Below, piece after piece: positions 11,256-20,917 of a stretch of 64,000 bases of DNA. The notes beneath the pieces are model-generated. The model saw only the letters and a program-made list of their open reading frames with translations, did not search any database and was not told the DNA's origin. Source of the DNA: an uncultured Pseudomonadota bacterium. GTDB taxonomy: Bacteria > Pseudomonadota > Alphaproteobacteria > Rhizobiales > Xanthobacteraceae. The stretch covers positions 60,361 to 124,360 of the forward strand of contig CAWEYJ010000023.1 in NCBI GenBank assembly GCA_963813165.1. Direction: 5' to 3'. The stretch's first letter is position 1. Each line of letters opens with the position of its first letter. The position numbers and the translations under genes were made by a program.

Positions 11256-12872
11256 GTGCAAGAGACGGGCGTGCATAACGGTGCCTTCGGCGCCGACAAA
11301 TTCGGCTTAAAGAAACTCAAAAGCGTCAACTGGAACCTCGGTGCGCCGCAACTCTCCGAATACGCGTTGGCTGCCGGCGAAGCCGTGCTTTCCGCGGATG
11401 GAGCCTTGTGCGCGGACACCGGTGTTTTCACGGGGCGCAGCCCCAAGGACAAATTCACGGTTCGCGACGCTAATACCGACAAGAACGTGTGGTGGGCGGG
11501 CAACCAGTCGATCACATCGGAACAGTTCGAGGCGCTCTACGCCGACTTCCTGAAACACGCCGAAGGCATGACGCTGTTCGCACAGGATCTCTATGGCGGC
11601 GCCGATCCGAGCTTGCGGATCAAGACCCGCGTCTATACCGAACTCGCCTGGCACTCGCTGTTCATTCGCACGCTGTTGATTCGCCCGCAGCCGTCAGAGC
11701 TTGCGAGCTTCGTGCCCGAGTTGACCATCATCGACCTGCCGAGCTTCAGGGCCGACCCCAAACGCCATGGGGTGCGTTCGGAGAACGTGGTTGCGATCGA
11801 TTTCGCCCGCAAGATCGTCCTGATCGGCGGATCCTATTATGCCGGCGAGATGAAAAAGTCGGTCTTCACCACGCTGAATTATTATCTGCCGGAAAAGGGT
11901 GTGATGCCGATGCACTGCTCGGCCAACGTCGGCCCCGACGGCGATGCGGCGATCTTTTTCGGCCTCTCCGGCACCGGCAAGACCACGCTCTCGGCCGATC
12001 CGAAACGCACGCTGATCGGCGACGACGAGCACGGCTGGGGTGCGGACGGCATCTTCAATTTCGAAGGCGGCTGCTACGCCAAATGCATCAAGCTGTCGAA
12101 GGAAGCCGAGCCAGAGATCTATGCCGCCAGCAAGCGCTTTGGCACGGTGCTGGAAAATGTGGTGCTGGACGCCAATACCCGCCTGCCGGATTTCGACGAC
12201 GGCTCGAAGACCGAGAACACCCGTTCGGCCTATCCGCTCGAATTCATCCCCAATGCTTCGCGCACCGGCCGCGCCGGCCATCCGAAGAATTTGGTGATGC
12301 TGGCAGCCGACGCCTTTGGCGTGATGCCGCCGATAGCAAAACTGACGCCGGCGCAGGCGATGTATCATTTCCTGTCCGGCTATACCGCAAAGGTCGCGGG
12401 CACCGAGCGAGGCCTCGGCAATGAGCCGCAGCCGGAATTCTCGACCTGTTTCGGTTCACCGTTCTTGCCGCGCGATCCGTCGGTGTACGGCAATCTGCTG
12501 CGCGATCTGATCGCCAGGCACGATGTCGATTGCTGGCTGGTCAACACCGGCTGGACCGGCGGCAAATACGGCACCGGGCGGCGCATGCCGATCAAGGTGA
12601 CGCGGACGCTGTTGGCCGCGGCGTTGAACGGCTCGCTGCGATCAGCCGATTTCCGTACCGACAGGTATTTCGGCTTCGCGGTGCCGACCTCGCTGCCCGG
12701 GGTCGAGCCGCATATCCTCGATCCGATCAAGACCTGGGCCGACAAGGTGGAGTTCGACAAGACCGCGCGTTCGCTGGTCGGCATGTTCCAGAAGAACTTC
12801 GCCAAGTTCGAGAGCCTGGTCGACGCCGATGTCCGCGCCGCCGCGCCGGAAGTGAAGCTCGCCGCGGAATAA
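11256..12872 (+). CDS. pckA: Phosphoenolpyruvate carboxykinase (ATP)
   Basis: [26 protein letters not shown] and LIGDDEHGW. Confidence 0.98.
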   Translation: MQETGVHNGAFGADKFGLKKLKSVNWNLGAPQLSEYALAAGEAVLSADGALCADTGVFTGRSPKDKFTVRDANTDKNVWWAGNQSITSEQFEALYADFLKHAEGMTLFAQDLYGGADPSLRIKTRVYTELAWHSLFIRTLLIRPQPSELASFVPELTIIDLPSFRADPKRHGVRSENVVAIDFARKIVLIGGSYYAGEMKKSVFTTLNYYLPEKGVMPMHCSANVGPDGDAAIFFGLSGTGKTTLSADPKRTLIGDDEHGWGADGIFNFEGGCYAKCIKLSKEAEPEIYAASKRFGTVLENVVLDANTRLPDFDDGSKTENTRSAYPLEFIPNASRTGRAGHPKNLVMLAADAFGVMPPIAKLTPAQAMYHFLSGYTAKVAGTERGLGNEPQPEFSTCFGSPFLPRDPSVYGNLLRDLIARHDVDCWLVNTGWTGGKYGTGRRMPIKVTRTLLAAALNGSLRSADFRTDRYFGFAVPTSLPGVEPHILDPIKTWADKVEFDKTARSLVGMFQKNFAKFESLVDADVRAAAPEVKLAAE

Positions 12873-12903
12873 GATTTCGGAAAATCGGTTGCCGTGAATA
12901 AGC

Positions 12904-12934
12904 AAAAAGGGCGGCTCAACGGGCCGCCCTTTTT
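12904..12934. terminator. Bidirectional intrinsic terminator between the convergent pckA and thioesterase genes
   Basis: AAAAAGGGCGGC-loop-GCCGCCCTTTTT. Confidence 0.85.
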
Positions 12935-13016
12935 CTTTTGACCACTGGCGCTATTTTCATTGTCATGGCGCGCGTTCCGATCGCAAAGCCGGGTCTATTG
13001 TCGCGCCATATGCAGC

Positions 13017-13835
13017 TCAAGCCTTGAAATACGCGATCTGATGCGTGGTTGCGAGCAGGCGGCCCTGCGGCGACCACAGCTCGCCGGTCTGGTCGCTATA
13101 GCTCTTGCGAAAGATATTGGCGTCGGCGACGGCCAGGACCCGGCTGATGTCCTCGGCCGCGAGATCTTCCGCGTCGGCATGAAAGTAGGTCGTCAGCGAC
13201 ACGGTGCCGAACGGCACGAGATCGCCTCTGACATGAAAGATGCGGCCGAAGAATGCATCCGACATCGCCATCAGCGACAGCGCGTCGACCTTTCGCGGGG
13301 CGCGGTCGCCGATCCATAATTTGGAGTACGAACTGATCGGCCCGGCTCCGGGCGTCGCCCCGAATTTCGGTTCGCCCTCGACAAAGCGGAAATCATATTG
13401 CTTGACCCAGGGTATCGAAATCCTGGCATAGGGCAGCGTCTGCTCGAAAGCGGTGGCGCCTGGAAATTCGGCCTGCTGATGCGACCATGACGGACGTCGC
13501 GCGGCGAACACGGCGGTCGCGAAGGTTGCAACCTCGCCGCCATCCTGCGTCATCTCGACGGACCAATGCTGTGTCGATCGGTTGGCCTTGATCAGGCGAA
13601 CGTCGAGATCGAACGTCCCGCGCGCGACCGGCGCGCAAAAGTTGACGGTGAGGGAGAGCGGATCGCCGGCGCGCTGCGGATGATCGAGCAGCGCCCGCAG
13701 CATCGTAGCGGCGGTCGCCCCGCCGAACGGGCCGACAAACGCCCAGTAATCGTCGCTGGTCCGCCCCTGCCAGCAGCTGTCGCCGGCGGTAACCTGCGTG
13801 GCCTCGTCGAAAAGGTGTTGGGTCCTGGCAAGCAT
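13017..13835 (-). CDS. Acyl-CoA thioesterase (TesB-like double hot-dog fold)
   Basis: VGPFGGATAA, MSDAFF, GTVSLTTYFH and ELWSPQGRLLA. Confidence 0.85.
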   Translation of the reverse strand: MLARTQHLFDEATQVTAGDSCWQGRTSDDYWAFVGPFGGATAATMLRALLDHPQRAGDPLSLTVNFCAPVARGTFDLDVRLIKANRSTQHWSVEMTQDGGEVATFATAVFAARRPSWSHQQAEFPGATAFEQTLPYARISIPWVKQYDFRFVEGEPKFGATPGAGPISSYSKLWIGDRAPRKVDALSLMAMSDAFFGRIFHVRGDLVPFGTVSLTTYFHADAEDLAAEDISRVLAVADANIFRKSYSDQTGELWSPQGRLLATTHQIAYFKA

Positions 13836-13960
13836 GAAATTCCCTCGATCCTTCGCCGCAGTATCATGGCCTTCCGGCCGAATTCAATGACGTCGGAGGT
13901 CATGGTCTTTCGATGATGACGGAATTGGCCAGTCAGGCCGCGGTTATTCTGGTCCGGAAT

Positions 13961-16501
13961 TCAGCGAGTTGCCTCGCGCTGTGCGCCCGGCTCTTGCGAC
14001 GCCAGCGGCGATGTGCCGCGCACCGGCACATTCCAGATATCCTGGGCATATTCGCGGATGGTGCGGTCCGACGAGAACCATGGCATTCGCGCGACGTTGA
14101 GGATGCTGGCCCTTGTCCAGGCCGGAACCACCTGCCAGCGCGCGTCGATCCCGCGCTGGGCGTCGAAATAGGCGGCGAAATCCGCGCTGACCATATAGTG
14201 GTCAAGATGGCGCAGCGCGTGTGCGACCGATTCGAAGCGGCCGGGATCGTCGGGCGAGAATTCGCCGCTTCCGATCGCGTTGATGGCGCGTGACAGGCGC
14301 GGCGAGTGCCGGATCACGTCGGTCGCATCGAGCCCCTGCTTGCGCCGCACCACCACATCCAACGCCTCCATGCCGAAGATCGCGATGTTCTCGGCGCCGA
14401 CGTGATCGCGGATCTCGATATTGGCGCCGTCGAGCGTGCCGATGGTCAGCGCGCCGTTCAGCGCGAGTTTCATGTTGCCGGTGCCGGAGGCTTCCATGCC
14501 CGCGGTCGAAATTTGTTCCGAGAGGTCGGCGGCGGGAATGATCACCTCGGCCAGGCTGACATTGTAGTCGGCGAGGAAGGCGACCTTCAGGCGTCCGGCG
14601 ATGGCCGGATCGTTGTTGACGACTTCGGCGACATCGTTGATGAGCTTGATGATCAGCTTGGCGTAGCGATAGCTCGCCGCCGCCTTGCCGGCGAAGATTT
14701 TCACGCGCGGCACCCAGTCGCGCTGCGGCTCGTCCTTGATCGCGTGATAGAGCGCCACGGCCTCCAGGATATTGAGCAATTGTCGCTTGTATTCATGGAT
14801 GCGCTTGATCTGGACGTCGAACAGTGCTCCCGGGTCGACCTTGATGTTGAGGCGCTCGCCGATCAGCCGCGCCAGCGCGATCTTGTTGTGATGCTTGACG
14901 GTTCGGAATTGCTGCTGGAACGCATTGTCGCTGGCGCGGGCTTCGAGGGATTGAAGCTGCGAGGGATCGTCGAGCACGGCTTCGCCGCAGGCCTCGCGCA
15001 ACAGATCAGTCAGCTTCGGATTGGCCAGCATCAGCCAGCGGCGGAAGGTGATGCCGTTGGTCTTGTTGGTGATGCGGTCCGGATAAAGATGGTTCAGATC
15101 GTGAAATACCGTCTCCTTCATCAGATCCGAATGCATCGCCGAGACGCCGTTGATGCGATGCGATCCGACGAACGCCAGCTGCCCCATCCGCACCCGGCGG
15201 CCCGACTTCTCGTCGATCAGCGATACCGAGGCCCTGAAGTCGACATCGCCGGGACACCGGGCATCCGCCAGCGCCAGATGCTCGACATTGATGCGGTAGA
15301 TGATGTCGAGATGGCGCGGCAGCAGACGTTCGAACAGTTCGACCGGCCAGGTTTCGAGCGCCTCGGGCAGCAGCGTGTGATTGGTATAGGACAAGGTGGC
15401 CACGGTGATCTTCCACGCTTCCTCCCAACGGAAGTTGTGAAGATCGCAGAGAATTCGCATCAACTCGGTGACGGCGAGGCTGGGATGGGTGTCGTTGAGC
15501 TGCACCGCCGCCTTGGACGCCAGGTTGCGCAACTGCCCGTCGGATGCGAGATGGCGCTGGACCAGATCCTGCAACGAGGCCGAGACAAAGAAATATTCCT
15601 GACGCAGCCGCAATTCGCGGCCCGCCGGACTTTCGTCATTCGGATAGAGGAACTTGCAGATCGATTCGGCGCGGGCCTCCTCGGCGCTGGCGCCGAGATA
15701 GTCGCCGGTGTTGAAGACGTCGAGCTTGAGCGGGTCGGGCGAGCGCGCCGACCACAGCCGCAGGGCGTTGACGTGCTGGCCACGCCAACCCACGATCGGC
15801 GTGTCGTAGGCGACGGCCTGCACGGTTTCCGCCGGATGCCAGATCGCGCGGTCGCGGCCCTTGGCATCGGTGCTGCGCTCGACGCCGCCGCCGAAATGCA
15901 CGTGGTAGACCACTTCAGGCCGCTGGAATTCCCAGGGGTTGCCGAAGCCGAGCCATTCGTCGGGATATTCCTGTTGCCAGCCCTGCGCGATGATCTGCCG
16001 GAACAGGCCGAAATCGTAACGAATGCCGTAGCCGATGGCAGGAATGGCCAATGTTGCCATGCTCTCCATGAAGCAGGCCGCAAGCCGGCCCAGCCCGCCA
16101 TTGCCGAGTGCCGCATCCGGTTCGCATTTGCGTAAATCGGAGAGGTCGACGCCGAGATCGCCGAGGGCTGCTTCGAACACCGGCAACAGCCCCATATTGT
16201 TCAGCGCATCGGTGAACAGGCGGCCGATCAGGAACTCCAGGCTGAGATAATAGACGCGCTTGCGGCCGGCGTCGTAGCTCTGCTTTTCCGCCGTCAGCCA
16301 GTGGTGCACGATGCGGTCGCGCAGCGCCAGCGCCGCGGCCTTGTACCAGTCGTGGCGGGTGGCCATGCCGGCGTCCTTGCCGATCGCAAGCCGCAGCTTG
16401 GCCAGCACCGCGCCCTTGATCTCGGCCAGCGCCAGCTCGTCGACGGGCTGGCCGAGCGCCGGAAATTTCGCCGGGAGAAATGGATCTGGCAATCTGGGCA
16501 C
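13961..16501 (-). CDS. glgP: Glycogen/maltodextrin phosphorylase
   Basis: LGNGGLGRLAAC, QLNDTHP, KRIHEYKRQ and EASGTGNMK. Confidence 0.97.
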   Translation of the reverse strand: MPRLPDPFLPAKFPALGQPVDELALAEIKGAVLAKLRLAIGKDAGMATRHDWYKAAALALRDRIVHHWLTAEKQSYDAGRKRVYYLSLEFLIGRLFTDALNNMGLLPVFEAALGDLGVDLSDLRKCEPDAALGNGGLGRLAACFMESMATLAIPAIGYGIRYDFGLFRQIIAQGWQQEYPDEWLGFGNPWEFQRPEVVYHVHFGGGVERSTDAKGRDRAIWHPAETVQAVAYDTPIVGWRGQHVNALRLWSARSPDPLKLDVFNTGDYLGASAEEARAESICKFLYPNDESPAGRELRLRQEYFFVSASLQDLVQRHLASDGQLRNLASKAAVQLNDTHPSLAVTELMRILCDLHNFRWEEAWKITVATLSYTNHTLLPEALETWPVELFERLLPRHLDIIYRINVEHLALADARCPGDVDFRASVSLIDEKSGRRVRMGQLAFVGSHRINGVSAMHSDLMKETVFHDLNHLYPDRITNKTNGITFRRWLMLANPKLTDLLREACGEAVLDDPSQLQSLEARASDNAFQQQFRTVKHHNKIALARLIGERLNIKVDPGALFDVQIKRIHEYKRQLLNILEAVALYHAIKDEPQRDWVPRVKIFAGKAAASYRYAKLIIKLINDVAEVVNNDPAIAGRLKVAFLADYNVSLAEVIIPAADLSEQISTAGMEASGTGNMKLALNGALTIGTLDGANIEIRDHVGAENIAIFGMEALDVVVRRKQGLDATDVIRHSPRLSRAINAIGSGEFSPDDPGRFESVAHALRHLDHYMVSADFAAYFDAQRGIDARWQVVPAWTRASILNVARMPWFSSDRTIREYAQDIWNVPVRGTSPLASQEPGAQREATR

Positions 16502-16727
16502 CCCTGACTGAACTCACCCAAATGATACGCGCCTTGCGCCGGGACCGAAACCCGATCAAGGGCCCCGATTGTGCAACGCATGCATGGTGTTTATGCAAGG
16601 ACTGGGCCGGGTTGATGGAGAATGTGCGCGTGACTTTGATGAAATTGTGAAGTCCGCGGATGGTAGGGGGCAAAGGCGTATCCAGGGGTTATGGAGCGGC
16701 CTGCGCCGGGACGACGCGGAATTCGCA

Positions 16728-17218
16728 TTAGTCCTTCAACTTCACCTCACTGTGGCGCCACAGGCGAAGATCGCCGAAACCTTCGATGCGGCCCAATTCC
16801 GCCAGCGCCTCGATTCGTGCGCCCAATATCTCGTCGTTGATGGGCAGGTTGTGTTGGCGACAGTGGTTCATGGCTGTCCCGATCACCCTCGCGGCCTTTT
16901 GCCGTCGCGATGTCAGGACGGAAAAGATGATCGCATCGAGATCGGCCACGGATACGGATTTTGGAAGCTTCACGTTTTTCCACCGCAAATTACTGCTGAT
17001 GGTGGGGGGCTCGGGAGGCGGACGCAGTTCTGGATGCTGCGTCCGTAGACGAACTCCAGCATCTCAAAATGTAAACCGGATCGCAGGTCCCCAACGGGCT
17101 TTCTGAATAGCCGCTGCTCTTCTTTGTCGAGTTCAAAGGTGGCAGCGAAAGTCTTGAGGAGGGCGTCGTCGAGTGCGAGCAGTTGCCGTCGAATCTTTTT
17201 CGCTTGCATCTTGTCCAT
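16728..17218 (-). pseudogene. DUF3658-type protein interrupted by a single-base frameshift near 17045 (or assembly error)
   Basis: The two overlapping ORFs join as ...LEFVY/QHPELRPPPEPPTISSNLRWKNVKLP...GDLRLWRHSEVKL. Confidence 0.6.
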
Positions 17219-17259
17219 GGTCTCGATCCCCCCGCGGCTTTGATAGGTCAGATGGACTG

Positions 17260-17274
17260 GAACAAATTAAGAAC
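17260..17274. promoter_or_regulatory. Alphaproteobacterial LexA (SOS) box
   Basis: GAAC-AAATTAA-GAAC matches GAAC-N7-GAAC, in an AT-rich divergent promoter region. Confidence 0.7.
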
Positions 17275-17359
17275 ACTTTAGCAAGTCTTTGATATATCAT
17301 AGTGATTCGGCGCCATGCCGACACAACATCTATGGTCTGCTGTTCGTTATGAGGACTAC

Positions 17360-17791
17360 ATGTCCACCATCGCCTTCGATTCCTTCGCGCTCACCCGCAT
17401 CGCCGACTTCGCCCGCTCGCTGTCGCGGTTGCATCTGGCCTCGCTCCGCCGGCCGGTCGATGACGACCAGATCGACCGCGAATTCAACGCCGTCTGCATG
17501 TCGGTTTGGGGCTACACCACAGACGATTTCAGCGACGACCTGTTCTCAAGCGAAGATCACGCCTGGCTCGACACGCTCGATGAAGCGCATGCGCGCATCT
17601 TCGCCGCCGAACAGGGCTACGACCTCGTCGACGACAACGGCATGCTGACGGACTGGTGGGGCTATTGCTGGATGATCCTCGCCGAGAAACGCGGGCTTCT
17701 GACGCCGGAAAACCGGGCGGCGGCGCGCGCGGCGATCGAGGAGAAATATCTGTCGGCGCCGAACGTGATCGGCGTCATCGTCGGGCGGTGA
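17360..17791 (+). CDS. Hypothetical protein (143 aa)
   Basis: GAGGA RBS before the ATG, backbone-like codon usage, natural composition. Confidence 0.8.
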   Translation: MSTIAFDSFALTRIADFARSLSRLHLASLRRPVDDDQIDREFNAVCMSVWGYTTDDFSDDLFSSEDHAWLDTLDEAHARIFAAEQGYDLVDDNGMLTDWWGYCWMILAEKRGLLTPENRAAARAAIEEKYLSAPNVIGVIVGR

Positions 17792-17793
17792 AT

Positions 17794-18598
17794 TTATTGC
17801 GCTTCGGCGCGCTTGCCTCCGGCCGATGCAGACTTCGGCACCGAGGTCACGGGCAGCGCGCCGCGGCTTACCTCAGGCAATGGCGCTTCATTGGCGATCG
17901 TTTCGGCTGCGACCGGCGCCACCTTCATCTCGCCGAGCCGCGCGCGCACGTCGGCGGTCAAGCCCGGATAGGACGCCACCGGCGTGAATTCAGCGGTCTG
18001 GTTGACGCCGACCTTGACGCCGGAATAGGCCACCAGCCCGGTCGTGGTGGCGATCACGTCGCCGGGACGCAGCGAGGTGTCGAGCGTCAGGTCGACCGGG
18101 GCGAGGCCGGCGGGGTCGCGGCCGTTGCAGGTACAGTCCGCGCGCAGCGCCTTGCGAAAGGCGAAGGCGTTTTCGCTGTCGGCATAGCGCTCGCCGTTGC
18201 TCGACGAGGCGCCGTCGATGGTGCTGCCGAAGAAGACCCTGGTCGGGCTCGCAGGACAGAACGCCTGGCACATCTGAGACCGGCGAAGCGTTGCCGCGCG
18301 CCAGCGGGAAATACCGGCCGTCGCAGGTTCGCACGCAGAACGCAGGCCCCGAGCCGTTTGAGGCGACCGGGCGTGGCGGTGGCGCAGGCTGCTGGTTAAG
18401 GCCAAACGGATCGGCGAAGAAATTCGCTTGCGGTGGGGCCTGGCGCTGCTGCTGGTTCTGGGCTCCGCCGAACAGGAAACTGAACAGGTCTTCGGCCGAC
18501 GCCATGCGCGGGGCAAGCGCGATCGGTGCTGCGAGGGTGGCGACGGCAACAAGCGTCAGGCGGCGCCGCATGCGCTGATAAGGCAACTCTGTACGCAA
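17794..18598 (-). pseudogene. DUF2865-domain exported protein with a +1 frameshift at about 18277 (or assembly error)
   Basis: FCVRTCDGRYFP in one frame continues as QMCQAFCPAS...FRKALRADCTCNG in the other; removing one T joins them. Confidence 0.8.
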
Positions 18599-18779
18599 CG
18601 CTCACTCCACCCGACGCCACCGAACCCGCTGCGGCGAGCCGTGCCGCAGCACGATTTACATTAGTGCGGGATGGTAAACGAGCTATGAGCAAGCGCCCCG
18701 GATCGCCGAAAAAGAAATGCTCGGGACGCGGCCGGAACACTGCATTCGGGACGGGACCCGTTCGTTGACGGCGAAGCCG

Positions 18780-19343
18780 TCAATCTTTCAGGAATTCGCC
18801 GGCCTTGTAGAGCGAGCGGAACGCAAGCCCCGCCTGCGCAAAGGTTTCGGTCGCGCCTTCGTCGCGGTCCACCATGGTGAGCACCAACGCGACTTCGCCG
18901 CCGGCCTCGCGCACCGCCTCGACCGCCTTCAGCGCCGAGCCGCCGGTCGTGGTGACGTCCTCGACGATCACCACGCGCTTGCCCTTCAGGCTTTCGCCTT
19001 TTGCCAACCCCTCCACCGACAGCCGGGCGCCGTGTTCCTTGGGCTTCTTGCGCACGAAGAACGCCGCGATCGGGTGGCCCTTGATCCAGGATAGCTGCGC
19101 GATCGCGCCGGCGAGCGGTACCGCGCCCATTTCCAGTCCGCCGACATAATCGAGATTATCGTCCTTCAGCGCATCGAATGTCAGTTCCGCCAGCAAGGCC
19201 GCACCTTCGGGGTCGAGCATGGTCGGCTTGAGATTGAAATAGAAATCGCTCTTGCGGCCCGACGCCAGCGTGATTTCGCCGCGGCCGAACGAGCGCTTGC
19301 GGATGATCTCGGCGAGGCGGGCGCGGGAAGCTGATTTGGACAA
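18780..19343 (-). CDS. pyrE: Orotate phosphoribosyltransferase
   Basis: [19 protein letters not shown] and [13 protein letters not shown]. Confidence 0.96.
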   Translation of the reverse strand: MSKSASRARLAEIIRKRSFGRGEITLASGRKSDFYFNLKPTMLDPEGAALLAELTFDALKDDNLDYVGGLEMGAVPLAGAIAQLSWIKGHPIAAFFVRKKPKEHGARLSVEGLAKGESLKGKRVVIVEDVTTTGGSALKAVEAVREAGGEVALVLTMVDRDEGATETFAQAGLAFRSLYKAGEFLKD

Positions 19344-19527
19344 GGCGTTCTCTCATGTGGTGCGGAGGCGGCCGCAATCTATCGGCGGTTTCATGCACAT
19401 TCCAGCGCCGATATCGCGCCGTCAACAGCGCGGCGCAGGGATGGAACAGCATTCCGGGAGCGTGGTTGCAAACGCTCGAGATTTCGGCGTACTGGATACA
19501 CGCCTTTCGGTCGGATATGACAACGAA

Positions 19528-20154
19528 ATGACCATCGAACTGCACACCTGGAACACGCCGAACGGCCGCAAGATCAGCGTCGCGCTGGAGGAAATGGGGC
19601 TGCCGTACCGGGTTTTCCCGGTCGACATCACCAAGGGCGAGCAGATGGCGCCGGCATTCCTGGCCATCAGCCCGAACAACAAGATTCCCGCGATCGTCGA
19701 TCCCGATGGGCCGGGCGGCAGCCGCGTCAGCGTGTTCGAGTCCGGCGCGATCCTGCTTTATCTCGGCGAGAAGACCGGCAAGTTCCTTCCCGCACCGCTG
19801 ATCGAACGCATCCCCGTGCTGGAGTGGCTGATGTGGCAGATGGGCGGCTTTGGGCCCATGCCGGGGCAGGTGCATCACTTCATCGCGCTGGAAAACGAGC
19901 AGGACCGCGCCTACGGCTTGAAGCGTTTTATGACGGAGACGCGCCGGCTCTACGGCGTCCTCGATCGCCGCCTCTCGAATCGCGAGTTTGTCGCGGGCGC
20001 CTTGTCGGTCGCCGATTTTGCGATCCTCGGCTGGGCTTGGCGGCATGAGCGCCACAAGGTGTCGTTTGCGGATTTCCCCCATGTCGGCCGCTGGTACGAG
20101 ACGCTGATGGCGCGGCCCGGCGTCAAGCGCGGCATGGATGCCAAGCTGGATTGA
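19528..20154 (+). CDS. Glutathione S-transferase (YfcG/YghU-like)
   Basis: TWNTPNGRK, PNNKIPAI and FESGAIL. Confidence 0.92.
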   Translation: MTIELHTWNTPNGRKISVALEEMGLPYRVFPVDITKGEQMAPAFLAISPNNKIPAIVDPDGPGGSRVSVFESGAILLYLGEKTGKFLPAPLIERIPVLEWLMWQMGGFGPMPGQVHHFIALENEQDRAYGLKRFMTETRRLYGVLDRRLSNREFVAGALSVADFAILGWAWRHERHKVSFADFPHVGRWYETLMARPGVKRGMDAKLD

Positions 20155-20166
20155 ATTTGCTTTCTG

Positions 20167-20294
20167 CTCCCTCGCCCGCTTGCGGGGGAGGGTTGAGGTG
20201 GGGGCCCTTTGACGTGCGAAATACGCGAGACCGTTTCCCCAACCCGCCGCGCTCTATCGAGCGCGTCGACCTCCCCCGCAAGCGGGAGAGGTGA
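20167..20294. repeat. Family B palindromic doublet (intergenic)
   Basis: CTCCCTCGCCCGCTTGCGGGGGAGGG ... CCTCCCCCGCAAGCGGGAGAGG; 29 bp identical to the copy in polA. Confidence 0.9.
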
Positions 20295-20312
20295 AGAAAG
20301 TCAGCGCTCGCT

Positions 20313-20855
20313 TTACGCTTCGTCGCCCGCGAAGCTCGTGATCGCCTGAACATAGCGTTCGAGCGCGTTCCGGAGCGGCTCGGCAAACTCGGCATTGGCC
20401 GCAATGCTGGCAGCGTCATTCGTCGTGCCCAGCAAAGGCAGCGTGATCGACGCGTCGTTGATCAGCCGAGCCGACATCGTCTCCAGCGTGATGGTCAAGG
20501 CTGCCAGCGCATGGGTCGCGCGCGGCGACGTATTGATCAATGCCACCGGCTTGTTCGGAAACTCAAAGCTGCCCACCAGCCAGTCGAGCGCATTCTTCAT
20601 CACGCCAGCGACGCCGCGGGCATATTCAGGGCTGGAGATCAGAAGTCCGTCGGCGGCTCCGATGACAGTACGGAACTCGGCGACCTCCCGGGGAAGGCGA
20701 TCGCCATCGAGGTCGGAATTGAAGAAGGGAAGACTCCCGATTCCTTCAAAGATTTCGATTCTGACGCCGGCAGGTGCGAGGTGACTGGCGGCGTGAAGTA
20801 CCGCGGTGTTGAGCGAGGTGGCGCGCAGGCTGCCGGAAATCGCAATGATGTTCAT
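20313..20855 (-). CDS. NADPH-dependent FMN reductase
   Basis: ISGSLRATSLN and SPEYARGVAGVMKNALDW. Confidence 0.92.
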   Translation of the reverse strand: MNIIAISGSLRATSLNTAVLHAASHLAPAGVRIEIFEGIGSLPFFNSDLDGDRLPREVAEFRTVIGAADGLLISSPEYARGVAGVMKNALDWLVGSFEFPNKPVALINTSPRATHALAALTITLETMSARLINDASITLPLLGTTNDAASIAANAEFAEPLRNALERYVQAITSFAGDEA

Positions 20856-20917
20856 CGATAATCCACGACGAGCGATGGCATGTCAGGTTGCGGCGTTGAG
20901 TTGTCGAAATGGCAAAA

